Source of the DNA: Nautiliaceae bacterium
GTDB lineage: Bacteria; Campylobacterota; Campylobacteria; Campylobacterales; Nautiliaceae
Direction: 5' to 3'
Length of the DNA: 48,646 bases
Assembly (NCBI GenBank): GCA_039831155.1
Contig: JBDONT010000010.1
Span: forward strand, 1-48,646
The notes under the pieces were generated by a model. That model worked only from the letters and a program-made list of their open reading frames with translations. It made no database searches and had not been told where the DNA came from. Numbering within the stretch: position 1 is the stretch's first letter; each line of letters opens with the position of its first letter. Positions 36,744 to 44,809 of the stretch are shown here, one piece after another. A program made the translations under genes and the position numbers.

Positions 36744-38082
36744 TTTTAATCCTGCATGAGATTATCGAATTAATAATTTTTGCAAGTTTTTCTATTTCGT
36801 CATCTAAAATACTTCTCATATCAAGTACGAATTTTTCGTTTTCTATTCTACCTATTACTAAATTTTTTCTCATAATTTCTTCCCACGTTTTCGCATTACC
36901 CTCAACTTCTACTATAATAGTGGGAATTTTTTGATTAGGCATAGTACCTCCACCTATATAAGTATAAGATTCTTTTATATGAGCTTTAAAGTTAAAAGTA
37001 AGAGAGAGTAATTTTTTAGCTTTTTTTCGTAAATGGTCCTGAGTTTGAAATATGGATTTTAAAGTCGGAATTTTATCGTATTCTTCTTTAATATAGGCAA
37101 GTGCGGTGGCTTCTATTAAAGATAGCGTAATTTTATCGACTCTAAACATTCTTAGAATTTGGTTTTTTTTAAGTTGGTCGATTAATTCTTTTTTTCCTAA
37201 AATTATTCCGGCTTGTACACTACCGAATAATTTATCTCCGCTAAAACTTATAAGAGCGGGATTTAATTTTATAATTTCCGAAATAGGAGGTTCGTTTGCA
37301 CTTAAATTATAAGGAAGTTCTGGAATATAAGCACTTCCTATATCGTAATAGTCTAAAATATTATATTTGGAGGCTAAATTTATTATATCTTTTAAAGAAG
37401 CTTCTTCACTGAAACCTTCTATGGAGTAATTTGATTTGTGAACTTTCATAAGTATCGAAGTGTTTTGTGTAATTGCTTCTTCATAGTCTTTAATTTTAGT
37501 TTTATTCGTTGTACCTACTTCTATTAATTTAGCTCCGCTTGCTTTCATAACTTCCGGTATTCTGAAGCTCCCCCCGATTTCTACAAGTTCTCCTCTTGAA
37601 ACTATTACTTCTTTATCTTTTGCAAACGTGTTTAAAATTAAAAATACGGCTGCCGCATTATTATTTACTATTAACGCACTTTCCGTTCCGAAAAGAGCAC
37701 TTAAAAGTTTTTCGCTATGGTGGTATCTGTCTCCTCGCTTCCCTTTTTCTATATCATATTCTAAATTGCAGTAACGAGTGGAACGTTTTTTTGCATAGTC
37801 GAATATTTCAGGATTTATTAAACTTCTGCCTAAATTAGTATGAACTGTAATTCCGGTTGCGTTTATTACGTTTACTATTGAAGGTAAAAGAAGTTCGTTC
37901 GCTTTAAGCTCTATTTCTTTAATAATCGCTTCTTCGTTTATCTTTTTTATTTTTTTATTTTTTATATCTTCTCTAAGTTTGTTTAAGGTTGTATTGATTA
38001 TAGGTTTTAGGATTTTTTTTGGAATGTGAGATAGCTTTTGTTCGATTTTATCCACTTTGGGAATTTTTCTAAAAAGATTCAT
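36736..38082 (-). CDS. selA: L-seryl-tRNA(Sec) selenium transferase
   Basis: INATG..HTNLGRS, VNNNAAA, SRGELVEIGGSFRIP, FSGDKL. Confidence 0.98.
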   Translation of the reverse strand: MNLFRKIPKVDKIEQKLSHIPKKILKPIINTTLNKLREDIKNKKIKKINEEAIIKEIELKANELLLPSIVNVINATGITVHTNLGRSLINPEIFDYAKKRSTRYCNLEYDIEKGKRGDRYHHSEKLLSALFGTESALIVNNNAAAVFLILNTFAKDKEVIVSRGELVEIGGSFRIPEVMKASGAKLIEVGTTNKTKIKDYEEAITQNTSILMKVHKSNYSIEGFSEEASLKDIINLASKYNILDYYDIGSAYIPELPYNLSANEPPISEIIKLNPALISFSGDKLFGSVQAGIILGKKELIDQLKKNQILRMFRVDKITLSLIEATALAYIKEEYDKIPTLKSIFQTQDHLRKKAKKLLSLTFNFKAHIKESYTYIGGGTMPNQKIPTIIVEVEGNAKTWEEIMRKNLVIGRIENEKFVLDMRSILDDEIEKLAKIINSIISCRIKNA

Positions 38083-38164
38083 TTTTTGCCTTTGTGTAAT
38101 GCCGCCGGCATTTTTGAGAATTATAGCAAATTATTCGAATAAAAAAAAAAGAAGAAAAAAAGGT

Positions 38165-39031
38165 TTATTTATGGATAATATTAATCGCTTTTTCTTTAAA
38201 TTCTTTTAATTTAGCAATTAAATCGCTAAAAATAGAATTTGTATTATGACCTTTTCTTATTTCACTTTCAAGTTTGGAAATTTCTTCTTTTAGCATTTTG
38301 TAAGTTGTTGTACTTGTACTTGTATAACCTAGTGCTTCAGCTATTACTAATTGATGTTTAGCTTCTTCTAGGTATTTTAAAGCTTGTTTTTTGTCTTTAG
38401 AGATAATTTTGCTTGCTTCTTGAGTTAGAGCCTGAGCTTTGATTAATGGAATAGGGATAATTGTGTCAACTTCAACTAATGTTGAAAGTGCCATAGCAAG
38501 TACGTCTTTTGCTTCTTTAATTTTTCCTTCATTAATATATTTAATCGCAAGATTTAAAGCTGCCGGATATGTAGCTAAAGGCAAGTTGATAGTTTTAATG
38601 TCAATTTCACTTCTTAAAGAGTTTAATACTTCTCTTGCTTGAGGAAGTTTGTTTTCTTCTACTAATATTTTAGATTCTTTAACTAAATCTTTGATTTTTT
38701 TTACGTCTCCTACAAATTGATATGCGTTTATTTGTGTGTCAACAGGTAATAAGTAAGGTGCGTTAGGAGCGTTTAATACTACACTCAATTCTCCTACGGC
38801 TTTTTTTAAAGACTCAATAGCCTTTTTTGTGTTTTTACCGTTTAAGTATATAATAGCGTCTTGTGTGTATTGAATCGCTTTTATAGCTTCTTTTATTAAT
38901 TGAGTGTTTTGAGCTTTTTGTTCGGCTTTAATTACGGCATTTTTTGAAACCGCATTAGTTTTTGCATCCGTTGCTAAAGCATTAGTTAGTAATAAACCGC
39001 TTAATGCTACTGAAACTAGTAATTTATTCAT
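38165..39031 (-). CDS. YfdX-family exported protein
   Basis: Signal peptide, SEI...NLPLATYP, L..ALSTLV...PIPL, AEALGY. Confidence 0.85.
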   Translation of the reverse strand: MNKLLVSVALSGLLLTNALATDAKTNAVSKNAVIKAEQKAQNTQLIKEAIKAIQYTQDAIIYLNGKNTKKAIESLKKAVGELSVVLNAPNAPYLLPVDTQINAYQFVGDVKKIKDLVKESKILVEENKLPQAREVLNSLRSEIDIKTINLPLATYPAALNLAIKYINEGKIKEAKDVLAMALSTLVEVDTIIPIPLIKAQALTQEASKIISKDKKQALKYLEEAKHQLVIAEALGYTSTSTTTYKMLKEEISKLESEIRKGHNTNSIFSDLIAKLKEFKEKAINIIHK

Positions 39032-39061
39032 TTTTCCCTCCTTAAATGTTTTAGTAATGCT

Positions 39062-39091
39062 ATTATAATAATTAAGTCGATTAATGTCAAG
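39062..39091 (-). promoter_or_regulatory. yfdX promoter overlapped by a HAIR-like (HspR) operator
   Basis: Minus strand TTGACA-17 nt-TATAAT. The overlapping CTTGACA-N7-ACTTAAT resembles HAIR (CTTGAGT-N7-ACTCAAG). Confidence 0.55.
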
Positions 39092-39254
39092 TATTATGAA
39101 TTGAATTAGCTCAAAATTAATTTTTATTTAAAGTTTTTTCATTAAAGATATAAGAAAAAGTTATTTTAAGAGAATCTTAAGTTTTTTTATATAAGATATT
39201 GAAAGAAAATCCTTGATTTCGGATTTTCTTTTTATTAATTCAAAAGGAGAAATT

Positions 39255-39599
39255 ATGAGACGCTTTGCAAAAATGTTGGTAGCAGGGTTGCTACTTGCAA
39301 GTGTCAGTGCCAGTGTAGCAATGGCGGACTACAATAAAGGGCTTAAGTATTTTCAAAGATACATTAAAAAAGCCCATAAAATTAAATCTCCGGATTTATT
39401 AAAAAAAATCGGAGTTAAAACATTGGATGATTTAAATGCACTTTTTAAAGATAATGCAAAGTCTTTAATTGAAAAGTTAAAAGCGGCAGGTCTTAAAGAT
39501 GAAGCTAAAGGTGTTGAGAAAATTGCTAAAAAGCATAAATTGAAAGATTTAAAAGATTTCTTTATCGGAGTATTAAACGGTAAACTTCCGGCTGGCTGA
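39255..39599 (+). CDS. Small exported hypothetical protein
   Basis: AAGGAG RBS, signal peptide ending VAMA, Lys-rich mature part. Confidence 0.75.
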   Translation: MRRFAKMLVAGLLLASVSASVAMADYNKGLKYFQRYIKKAHKIKSPDLLKKIGVKTLDDLNALFKDNAKSLIEKLKAAGLKDEAKGVEKIAKKHKLKDLKDFFIGVLNGKLPAG

Positions 39600-39609
39600 A
39601 GCTAATATT

Positions 39610-39637
39610 AAGGGCACAGGTTGTGCCTTACGTTTTA
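39610..39637 (+). terminator. Hairpin / probable terminator
   Basis: AGGGCACA-ggt-TGTGCCTT stem 11 nt after the stop, followed by a T-rich tail. Confidence 0.5.
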
Positions 39638-39683
39638 ATTTGATTTTTTTTTACATATAAAGTAAAATTTTAATCCTTCAAAA

Positions 39684-39782
39684 GGAGGGGATGTGACCCT
39701 GGTGGGCACCCCGGGCTTCAAACCCGGTGGGGCGGCAGGTGTCTGTCTGCCCGGAAGGTTCGATTCCTTCCCCCTTCCGCCA
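39684..39782 (+). tRNA. selC: tRNA-Sec (anticodon UCA)
   Basis: 99 nt. Acceptor GGAGGGG/CCCTTCC plus GCCA, anticodon arm CCGGG-CT TCA AA-CCCGG, long variable arm, T arm GAAGG-TTCGATT-CCTTC, near selAB. Confidence 0.97.
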
Positions 39783-39832
39783 AACTTCAAAAATACCGCT
39801 ATTTCGCATTTTTTAAAAATCAAACTAAGCAT

Positions 39833-39908
39833 TGTCAGCTGTTTTCACACGTTTTTGACTGACAGTATAACTGACAGTTCATATATTAATAAATTTTATT
39901 ATGTCAGT
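39833..39908. repeat. Four CTGACA motifs (two direct ACTGACAGT, two inverted), candidate integrase arm-type sites
   Basis: TGTCAG 39833-38, ACTGACAGT 39858-66 and 39870-78, TGTCAGT 39902-08. Confidence 0.5.
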
Positions 39909-39913
39909 AATTT

Positions 39914-40978
39914 TCAAAAGGTATATTTGTGATAAATTTTTACAATATTTACATTGAATCCTTTTGATGTTAAGTCATCTTTTCTTTTAACAAGTGAATC
40001 CAAATCTCCATGGACAAGAAATATTTTGGAGTTTTTGTTGTTTGAAAGCCAGCAGTCTATATCTTTTGCATCTCCGTGAGCTGAAAATATATGAAAAGTT
40101 TTGTATTTTAAGTTGACGGTGTGATTTTTATCATTTATATTTATAGGGTTTTCACCGCATTGTATTTTACCGCCGAAGCTTAGAGGACTCTGATACCCTA
40201 CAAACAGCAGTAAAACATCTTTTCTTGACACCAGTCTCGGAAGGAGTCTGAGAGAATTCGCCGTATTTATCATCCCGCTGGTTGAGAGGATAATAACGGG
40301 AGGTTTGAGGCTTTTTATATATCTGTTTTTTAAAAATTCACTGCTTCTGAAATATGTGTTTTCAAGTGTCGGAATTGCTTTTTTATTGTCAATCCAGTTT
40401 GGGTTGTTTATGTATAAATTCGTAATTTTACTTGCAGTGGGTGAGAGCAGATAGATTTTTGTGTTTTGAGGGATAAGCCCTTTTTGAAACAGCAGACCGA
40501 TTTCATAAAGTATTTTTTGAGCTCTGTCCAGGGCAAAAACCGGTATCCAGATTATTTTGGTGTTTATGTTTTTGATTTTTGTTTTTTTGTAAAATGGGAC
40601 AGTTTTAAATAATTTGGTTACATAATTTACTGAACTTAATGTTTTTGAATGTTTGTTTTGCATTTCAAGCATAATTTTACTGAGTTTTGCCGTAGGGGAG
40701 GTCATATATATTTTCCCACGGAAACCTTTTTTGTAAAGTTTTAGCAGTCTTCCTATGTGGTCCGTATGGGCGTGGGTGATTATTACCGCGTCAATATTTT
40801 TAACACTGAAAGGTATATCGTTTTTTCCGTTTATATGAGCTCCTGCATCGATTAAAATTTTGGTGTTTTTGTATTGCACCAAAGCCATGGTGCCGTCAAC
40901 TTCCCCGGCACCGCCGTAGTACGTTACGCTTACGGCAAAAAGATTTACCCAAAAAAGTATTAATATTAAAAATCTCAT
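39914..40978 (-). pseudogene. MBL-fold beta-CASP nuclease with signal peptide, apparent in-frame internal deletion
   Basis: IDAG, THAHTDHIG, IPVFALDRAQ, TSGM, VGYQ, FSAHGD and LVHG are present. The GH..GS, SGD and ESTYG motifs expected between the MBL core and IPVF are absent. Confidence 0.7.
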
Positions 40979-41306
40979 TTGATTTTAATCTGCTTTTGGG
41001 TTTTAATAAACATCTCAACCCTTCCTTTGTATTCTTTAATCACACCTTTGGCACATATGGTTTTGCCGTTGAAATTAAGATTGTTAAAATTATCCTTGTA
41101 TCTGCTCCATATAATAAAAGTCATTTTCTGATTCGGATAATTTCCGTCGAGGTTTATAAAAATATGCCCCTTTTTGTGATGATAAATTTCGTAAACCTTT
41201 CCGCATACTTCTCCGCATATTCACCAATATGGCTTTTTGCTTCAGTAGTAGTGTATGTCGCAAAAGCAAAATAAAAAATCCCCAGCAGTAAAATAATCTT
41301 TTTCAT
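40975..41306 (-). pseudogene. Exported OB-fold nucleic-acid-binding protein, frameshifted
   Basis: MKKIILL...EAKSHIGEYA, then a frame change near 41212 to EVCGKVYEIY...FINLDGNYPNQKMTFIIW...GKTICAKGVIKEYKGRVEM. The restored stop overlaps the MBL start (ATGA). Confidence 0.8.
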
Positions 41307-41315
41307 CCTTTTCCT

Positions 41316-41417
41316 TTATTTTAATTTTTTGATGTCGTTTTTAAATTCTAAAAAATTTGCCTTTATTTTTGGATAAAACAGCAAAAATATCAATCCTACA
41401 ATTAACAATTCTACCAT
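41316..41417 (-). CDS. 33-aa single-TM peptide
   Basis: AAGGAGGT RBS, MVELLIVGLIFLLFYPKIKANFLEFKNDIKKLK, fills the operon gap between its neighbours. Confidence 0.55.
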   Translation of the reverse strand: MVELLIVGLIFLLFYPKIKANFLEFKNDIKKLK

Positions 41418-41420
41418 AAT

Positions 41421-41774
41421 TTACCTCCTTTGATATTTTTCTATGATATAGTCAGCTTTGCTTTTTAGGTTTTCTTTTTCCAGTATCTTTGTTTGAATTT
41501 CATTTGGTTCAAATTGTGTTTTTTCTTCCGGTTTGTTTTCATTTTCCTTTCTTTTATTTTTATATTTGATTATTAAATACACGGCGACTAAACTTATAAA
41601 AAACACTCCCCATTTCATAAGAAAAAGCAAAAATTTATTTTCAATTAAACTTCTCAAATCTTCAATAAAAAACCAAAATACAACATCAAAAAACAAAATA
41701 AATCCGATTAAAAACAGTTTTTTTCTGACTTTATAGAAGTAATAAACTAACAGTGTTTCTTTGATTATTCTCAT
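41421..41774 (-). CDS. Hypothetical 2-TM membrane protein
   Basis: Two hydrophobic segments and a charged tail. The start overlaps the upstream stop. Confidence 0.7.
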   Translation of the reverse strand: MRIIKETLLVYYFYKVRKKLFLIGFILFFDVVFWFFIEDLRSLIENKFLLFLMKWGVFFISLVAVYLIIKYKNKRKENENKPEEKTQFEPNEIQTKILEKENLKSKADYIIEKYQRR

Positions 41775-42001
41775 CAGAAGCTCCCGATTCCTAATGCAAC
41801 AAGCAGTGCCATAATGGTTTTGTTTTTATATTCGCCTATGAGTCTGTCTTCTTCGTCTTTAATTATTGTTTCAAGTTCTTCTTTGGTTAGGTCGTTTATA
41901 TCGATACCTTTTTCGGCCAGTCTTGCTTTTGTTCTAAGCAATGCTTTTGTTCTTATGTGAGTTTTGATTTTTGTTTGAAGGTTTTTAATTTTGAGTTTCA
42001 T
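41774..42001 (-). CDS. Small hypothetical protein with C-terminal hydrophobic tail
   Basis: AAGGC RBS, helical body, ends IMALLVALGIGSF. Confidence 0.7.
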   Translation of the reverse strand: MKLKIKNLQTKIKTHIRTKALLRTKARLAEKGIDINDLTKEELETIIKDEEDRLIGEYKNKTIMALLVALGIGSF

Positions 42002-42027
42002 AACTGCCTTTCATTTGGATTTATGCA

Positions 42028-42059
42028 ATTATAAAACTCAAGAGTGACAAAAAATGTCT
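42028..42059 (-). promoter_or_regulatory. Promoter with palindromic operator (copy 1)
   Basis: Minus strand AGACATTTTTTGTCA-11 nt-TATAAT, upstream of ATG 42001. Confidence 0.75.
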
Positions 42060-42080
42060 GATTAAATCAATTTTATTAAT

Positions 42081-43052
42081 TTACATTTCTTTTAATATAG
42101 CTTCTAAATCTTTTTTAAATTCATTTTTTAATTCTTCAGATTCTAATATTATTATATTAGGTATCCATTTTTTTATAAAAGGCAGAATTTCCATAGGTTG
42201 GGTGTAGGTCAGTTCAAAAATAACTCCTTCGTCGTTTTCTTCGATAAATTTTTGGGATGAGAGGAATTTTTTCATATCTTTTCTAAAATAATGAGCCACT
42301 TCTTTTTTTGCAAGCAATCTTGCTTTTTTAGGCTCCACTCCGTATAGAGTTAGTGAATTTTGTATATTTTGCAGGTATTTTTCATATTTTTCGACTGAAT
42401 TTTTTTGAAATTTTTTTTCTTTAAGTTTACCGTTTTCTTTGATGAAAACAGGCTTGACGTCTTTTATAAAAGATATTCTTAAAAATCTGAATTTTTCGTT
42501 TTCATCTTCACACGCAAGATACCAGTTGTTATCGATAAATACCAATTTTATAGCTTTTACTGTCAGCGTTTCTTCATCTTTGATTATTTTCAGGTATTTG
42601 TGTTCTTTTACGGCATTTTTTATTTTGGAAAAAAGTTTTTCTTTTGTTTTCAAATCCTCCATAATAGAGTTTTTGAAAATAAAGATGTTTTTTTCTGATT
42701 TAATGAGTTTTTTGGCTTTTTTTCTTGTTTCATCTTCAAGGTTTTTTAAATATTCCGGGTTTGTTTGGGATAAATCTTGTAAAATAAAACTTATATCATC
42801 GCTTTTTGTCAGAATTTCGAATATTATATCGGCGGTATCGTTTATTTTGTAGCATGTTTTTTTGTTTTTGAAATCTTTTTGTATGACATCTTCGCCAAAA
42901 TATTCTGCAAGTCCGTCGAGAATATCCTTAACTCTTCTTTCTACCTGGTCGAGATTTAAAATCTCTTTGATTTCCAAAGGGGTAAAACACTGTTTTGCAG
43001 ACATTAGCAGTTTCAAAACATCAAAAGCCTCTTTTGCTTTTTTATGAATCAT
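42081..43052 (-). CDS. wHTH-WYL-WCX transcriptional regulator
   Basis: N-terminal HTH, KLVFIDNNWYLAC...FRFLRISFI WYL domain, C-terminal IKKWIPNIIILES. Confidence 0.92.
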   Translation of the reverse strand: MIHKKAKEAFDVLKLLMSAKQCFTPLEIKEILNLDQVERRVKDILDGLAEYFGEDVIQKDFKNKKTCYKINDTADIIFEILTKSDDISFILQDLSQTNPEYLKNLEDETRKKAKKLIKSEKNIFIFKNSIMEDLKTKEKLFSKIKNAVKEHKYLKIIKDEETLTVKAIKLVFIDNNWYLACEDENEKFRFLRISFIKDVKPVFIKENGKLKEKKFQKNSVEKYEKYLQNIQNSLTLYGVEPKKARLLAKKEVAHYFRKDMKKFLSSQKFIEENDEGVIFELTYTQPMEILPFIKKWIPNIIILESEELKNEFKKDLEAILKEM

Positions 43053-43077
43053 ATTAATTCCTTAAATAAATTTATTT

Positions 43078-43109
43078 TGCCATTTTTTGTCATCATAAAT
43101 GATTACAAT
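43078..43109 (+). promoter_or_regulatory. Promoter with palindromic operator (copy 2)
   Basis: TGCCATTTTTTGTCA-11 nt-TACAAT, upstream of darT. Confidence 0.75.
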
Positions 43110-43133
43110 TTTATCATAAATTATTGAGAAAGG

Positions 43134-43661
43134 ATGGTCATGGGAAAAATTACTGAATTATTTGTAAAAGAACATTTAGAAAAAAACGGTATCAAAAGTT
43201 TATGGCATTTTACAGATCTCTCAAATTGGGAATCAATTAAAAAATATGGGATTCAGTCATTATTTAGAATAATCAAAGATGATATTAAGGTTTCTCGTTT
43301 CGGTGCAAATGCTTTATCTCATGATTTGGATTATTATAAAGGATTAGACAGATATGTTCATTTGAGTTTTACAGATGACCATCCTATGTATCATATTGCA
43401 AAAAAGGAAAAAAGAATAATAAATCCGATTTGGATAGAAATTGATATAAATGTTTTATTTGATAAAAAAGTATTGGTTTGTAAAGGTGTCGCAAACAAAA
43501 CAAACAGTGTTTTATTAAATTTAGCCGGTGTGTTGAACTTTGATTTTGATAAAATGTTTCATGATGATTTTGAAATAAGAAAAGAAGCAAGAAAAGCGGA
43601 AATACTTATATACGATTGTATTGAGACTAAATATATAAAAGGAGCTTATTATGGCAAGTAG
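43134..43661 (+). CDS. darT: DarT-family (DUF4433) DNA ADP-ribosyltransferase toxin, likely DarT1
   Basis: LWHFTDLSNWESIKKYGI, YVHLSF...HPMY, catalytic-type AEIL..D.I, overlaps the NADAR-type gene. Confidence 0.85.
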   Translation: MVMGKITELFVKEHLEKNGIKSLWHFTDLSNWESIKKYGIQSLFRIIKDDIKVSRFGANALSHDLDYYKGLDRYVHLSFTDDHPMYHIAKKEKRIINPIWIEIDINVLFDKKVLVCKGVANKTNSVLLNLAGVLNFDFDKMFHDDFEIRKEARKAEILIYDCIETKYIKGAYYGK

Positions 43662-44325
43662 ACCGGCATTTATAGCAACTAAAAATGATAAACTTGTAGA
43701 AATTATAAATGTGGAATTTGAATATTTTACCGGATTTGCCGCTGTTCAAAAAGCAAAAACGAGAGATTCTTTTCATAATGCCATCAGAGAACATGGATAT
43801 GAAAAAATACTTGAAGTTTCTACTAATTCCGATAACGAATTAGGCTGGCAATTAAGCGCTTTTAATTTAATGACGGATTATGATGGAGAGAAAATTCCGC
43901 TTGAATGTGCTTTTCAGGGCAGTAAGGTATTTGAATACGGAGGGCCATATACGGATATATTCAAAAAAACAAACATAGAAGCCAAAAAAGACAAAAGACT
44001 CAAAAATTCCGGTAAAGTTATTAAATTTAGATATGAAGGAAACGAGTGGGAAACCGAACCTCAGACCGCATTTTACGACTGGTTGTATATTTCAACGGTA
44101 TATAAAAATTACCCGCACTTGATAGAAGAACTTGCAAATTATGAAGTTTTTACCGATATAGCCTTTAATCCGAAAAAATCAGTCAACTGCCAGGCAAAGA
44201 GCTGTGCTATTTTGGTATCATTGTATCATATAGGCAAACTTGAAGAGGCTTTGTCTTCAAAAGATAATTTTTTGAGAATTGTTTATGGATATAAAGAAAA
44301 ACCAAAACAGGGGAGTTTGTTTTAA
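43651..44325 (+). CDS. DarT1-associated NADAR-type antitoxin (ADP-ribosylhydrolase)
   Basis: MASRP, GFA..QK, LEVST.S, LSAFNL, ECAFQGSKVFE.GGPY.D, FYDWLY, FTDIAFNP..S.NCQA. Confidence 0.82.
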   Translation: MASRPAFIATKNDKLVEIINVEFEYFTGFAAVQKAKTRDSFHNAIREHGYEKILEVSTNSDNELGWQLSAFNLMTDYDGEKIPLECAFQGSKVFEYGGPYTDIFKKTNIEAKKDKRLKNSGKVIKFRYEGNEWETEPQTAFYDWLYISTVYKNYPHLIEELANYEVFTDIAFNPKKSVNCQAKSCAILVSLYHIGKLEEALSSKDNFLRIVYGYKEKPKQGSLF

Positions 44326-44338
44326 AATTCATATAAAT

Positions 44339-44370
44339 TGACATTTTTTGTCCTTGGTAACTAATATAAT
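44339..44370 (+). promoter_or_regulatory. Promoter with palindromic operator (copy 3)
   Basis: TGACATTTTTTGTCC-11 nt-TATAAT, upstream of ATG 44401. Confidence 0.75.
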
Positions 44371-44400
44371 TTTAATATAACAACTTCCAAAGGAGGTCTT

Positions 44401-44739
44401 ATGGGATATTGGTTTGGAGAATTTAGCAATTGCACTTCTTGGAGAAAAACACCTGTTAAGATTGGCAATACCTGGTATACTCCAAGCGGAGAGAGGATAA
44501 GAAATCCTAAAGCTTATTTTACCAAAGTTAGAAGAAACGGCAGATATTGGGAAAATAATACGGGCTGGAAAAAATCCAATAAATTCTGTGAGCGTGAATA
44601 TGATGATTTTGATTATAATTTTGAAAACTATGATAATGAAGATTATGATTACAATGATAATTCATACGAAGAAGAACGCTGGGATTTGCGTGATATTTAC
44701 GGGGATTTTTATGATGATGAGTTTGATGATTATGAGTAA
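44401..44739 (+). CDS. Hypothetical protein with basic/Trp-rich N-half and D/E/Y-rich C-half
   Basis: AAGGAGGT RBS, its own promoter, 112 aa. Confidence 0.75.
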   Translation: MGYWFGEFSNCTSWRKTPVKIGNTWYTPSGERIRNPKAYFTKVRRNGRYWENNTGWKKSNKFCEREYDDFDYNFENYDNEDYDYNDNSYEEERWDLRDIYGDFYDDEFDDYE

Positions 44740-44794
44740 TACTAAATATGCTGTTTTTAATATTGTGAAAAAAGGAAAAATTTTTATAGATGTT

Positions 44795-44803
44795 TGATAT
44801 AAT
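44795..44803 (+). promoter_or_regulatory. Extended -10 promoter for the retron transcript
   Basis: TGATATAAT (TGn-TATAAT) ends 7 nt before the 5' inverted repeat. Confidence 0.7.
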
Positions 44804-44809
44804 TATATA

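Noticed and set aside
34908..39782. Selenoprotein genes near selABC
   Set aside because: I saw no in-frame TGA at a Cys-equivalent position with continued homology.
39635..39932. ORFs 39635..39832 (-) and 39693..39932 (+)
   Set aside because: Both overlap tRNA-Sec and are spurious.
44588..44797. Met/Ile-rich 69-aa ORF
   Set aside because: It is an alternate-frame product of the GAT/TAT-rich tail of 44401..44739 and has no RBS.
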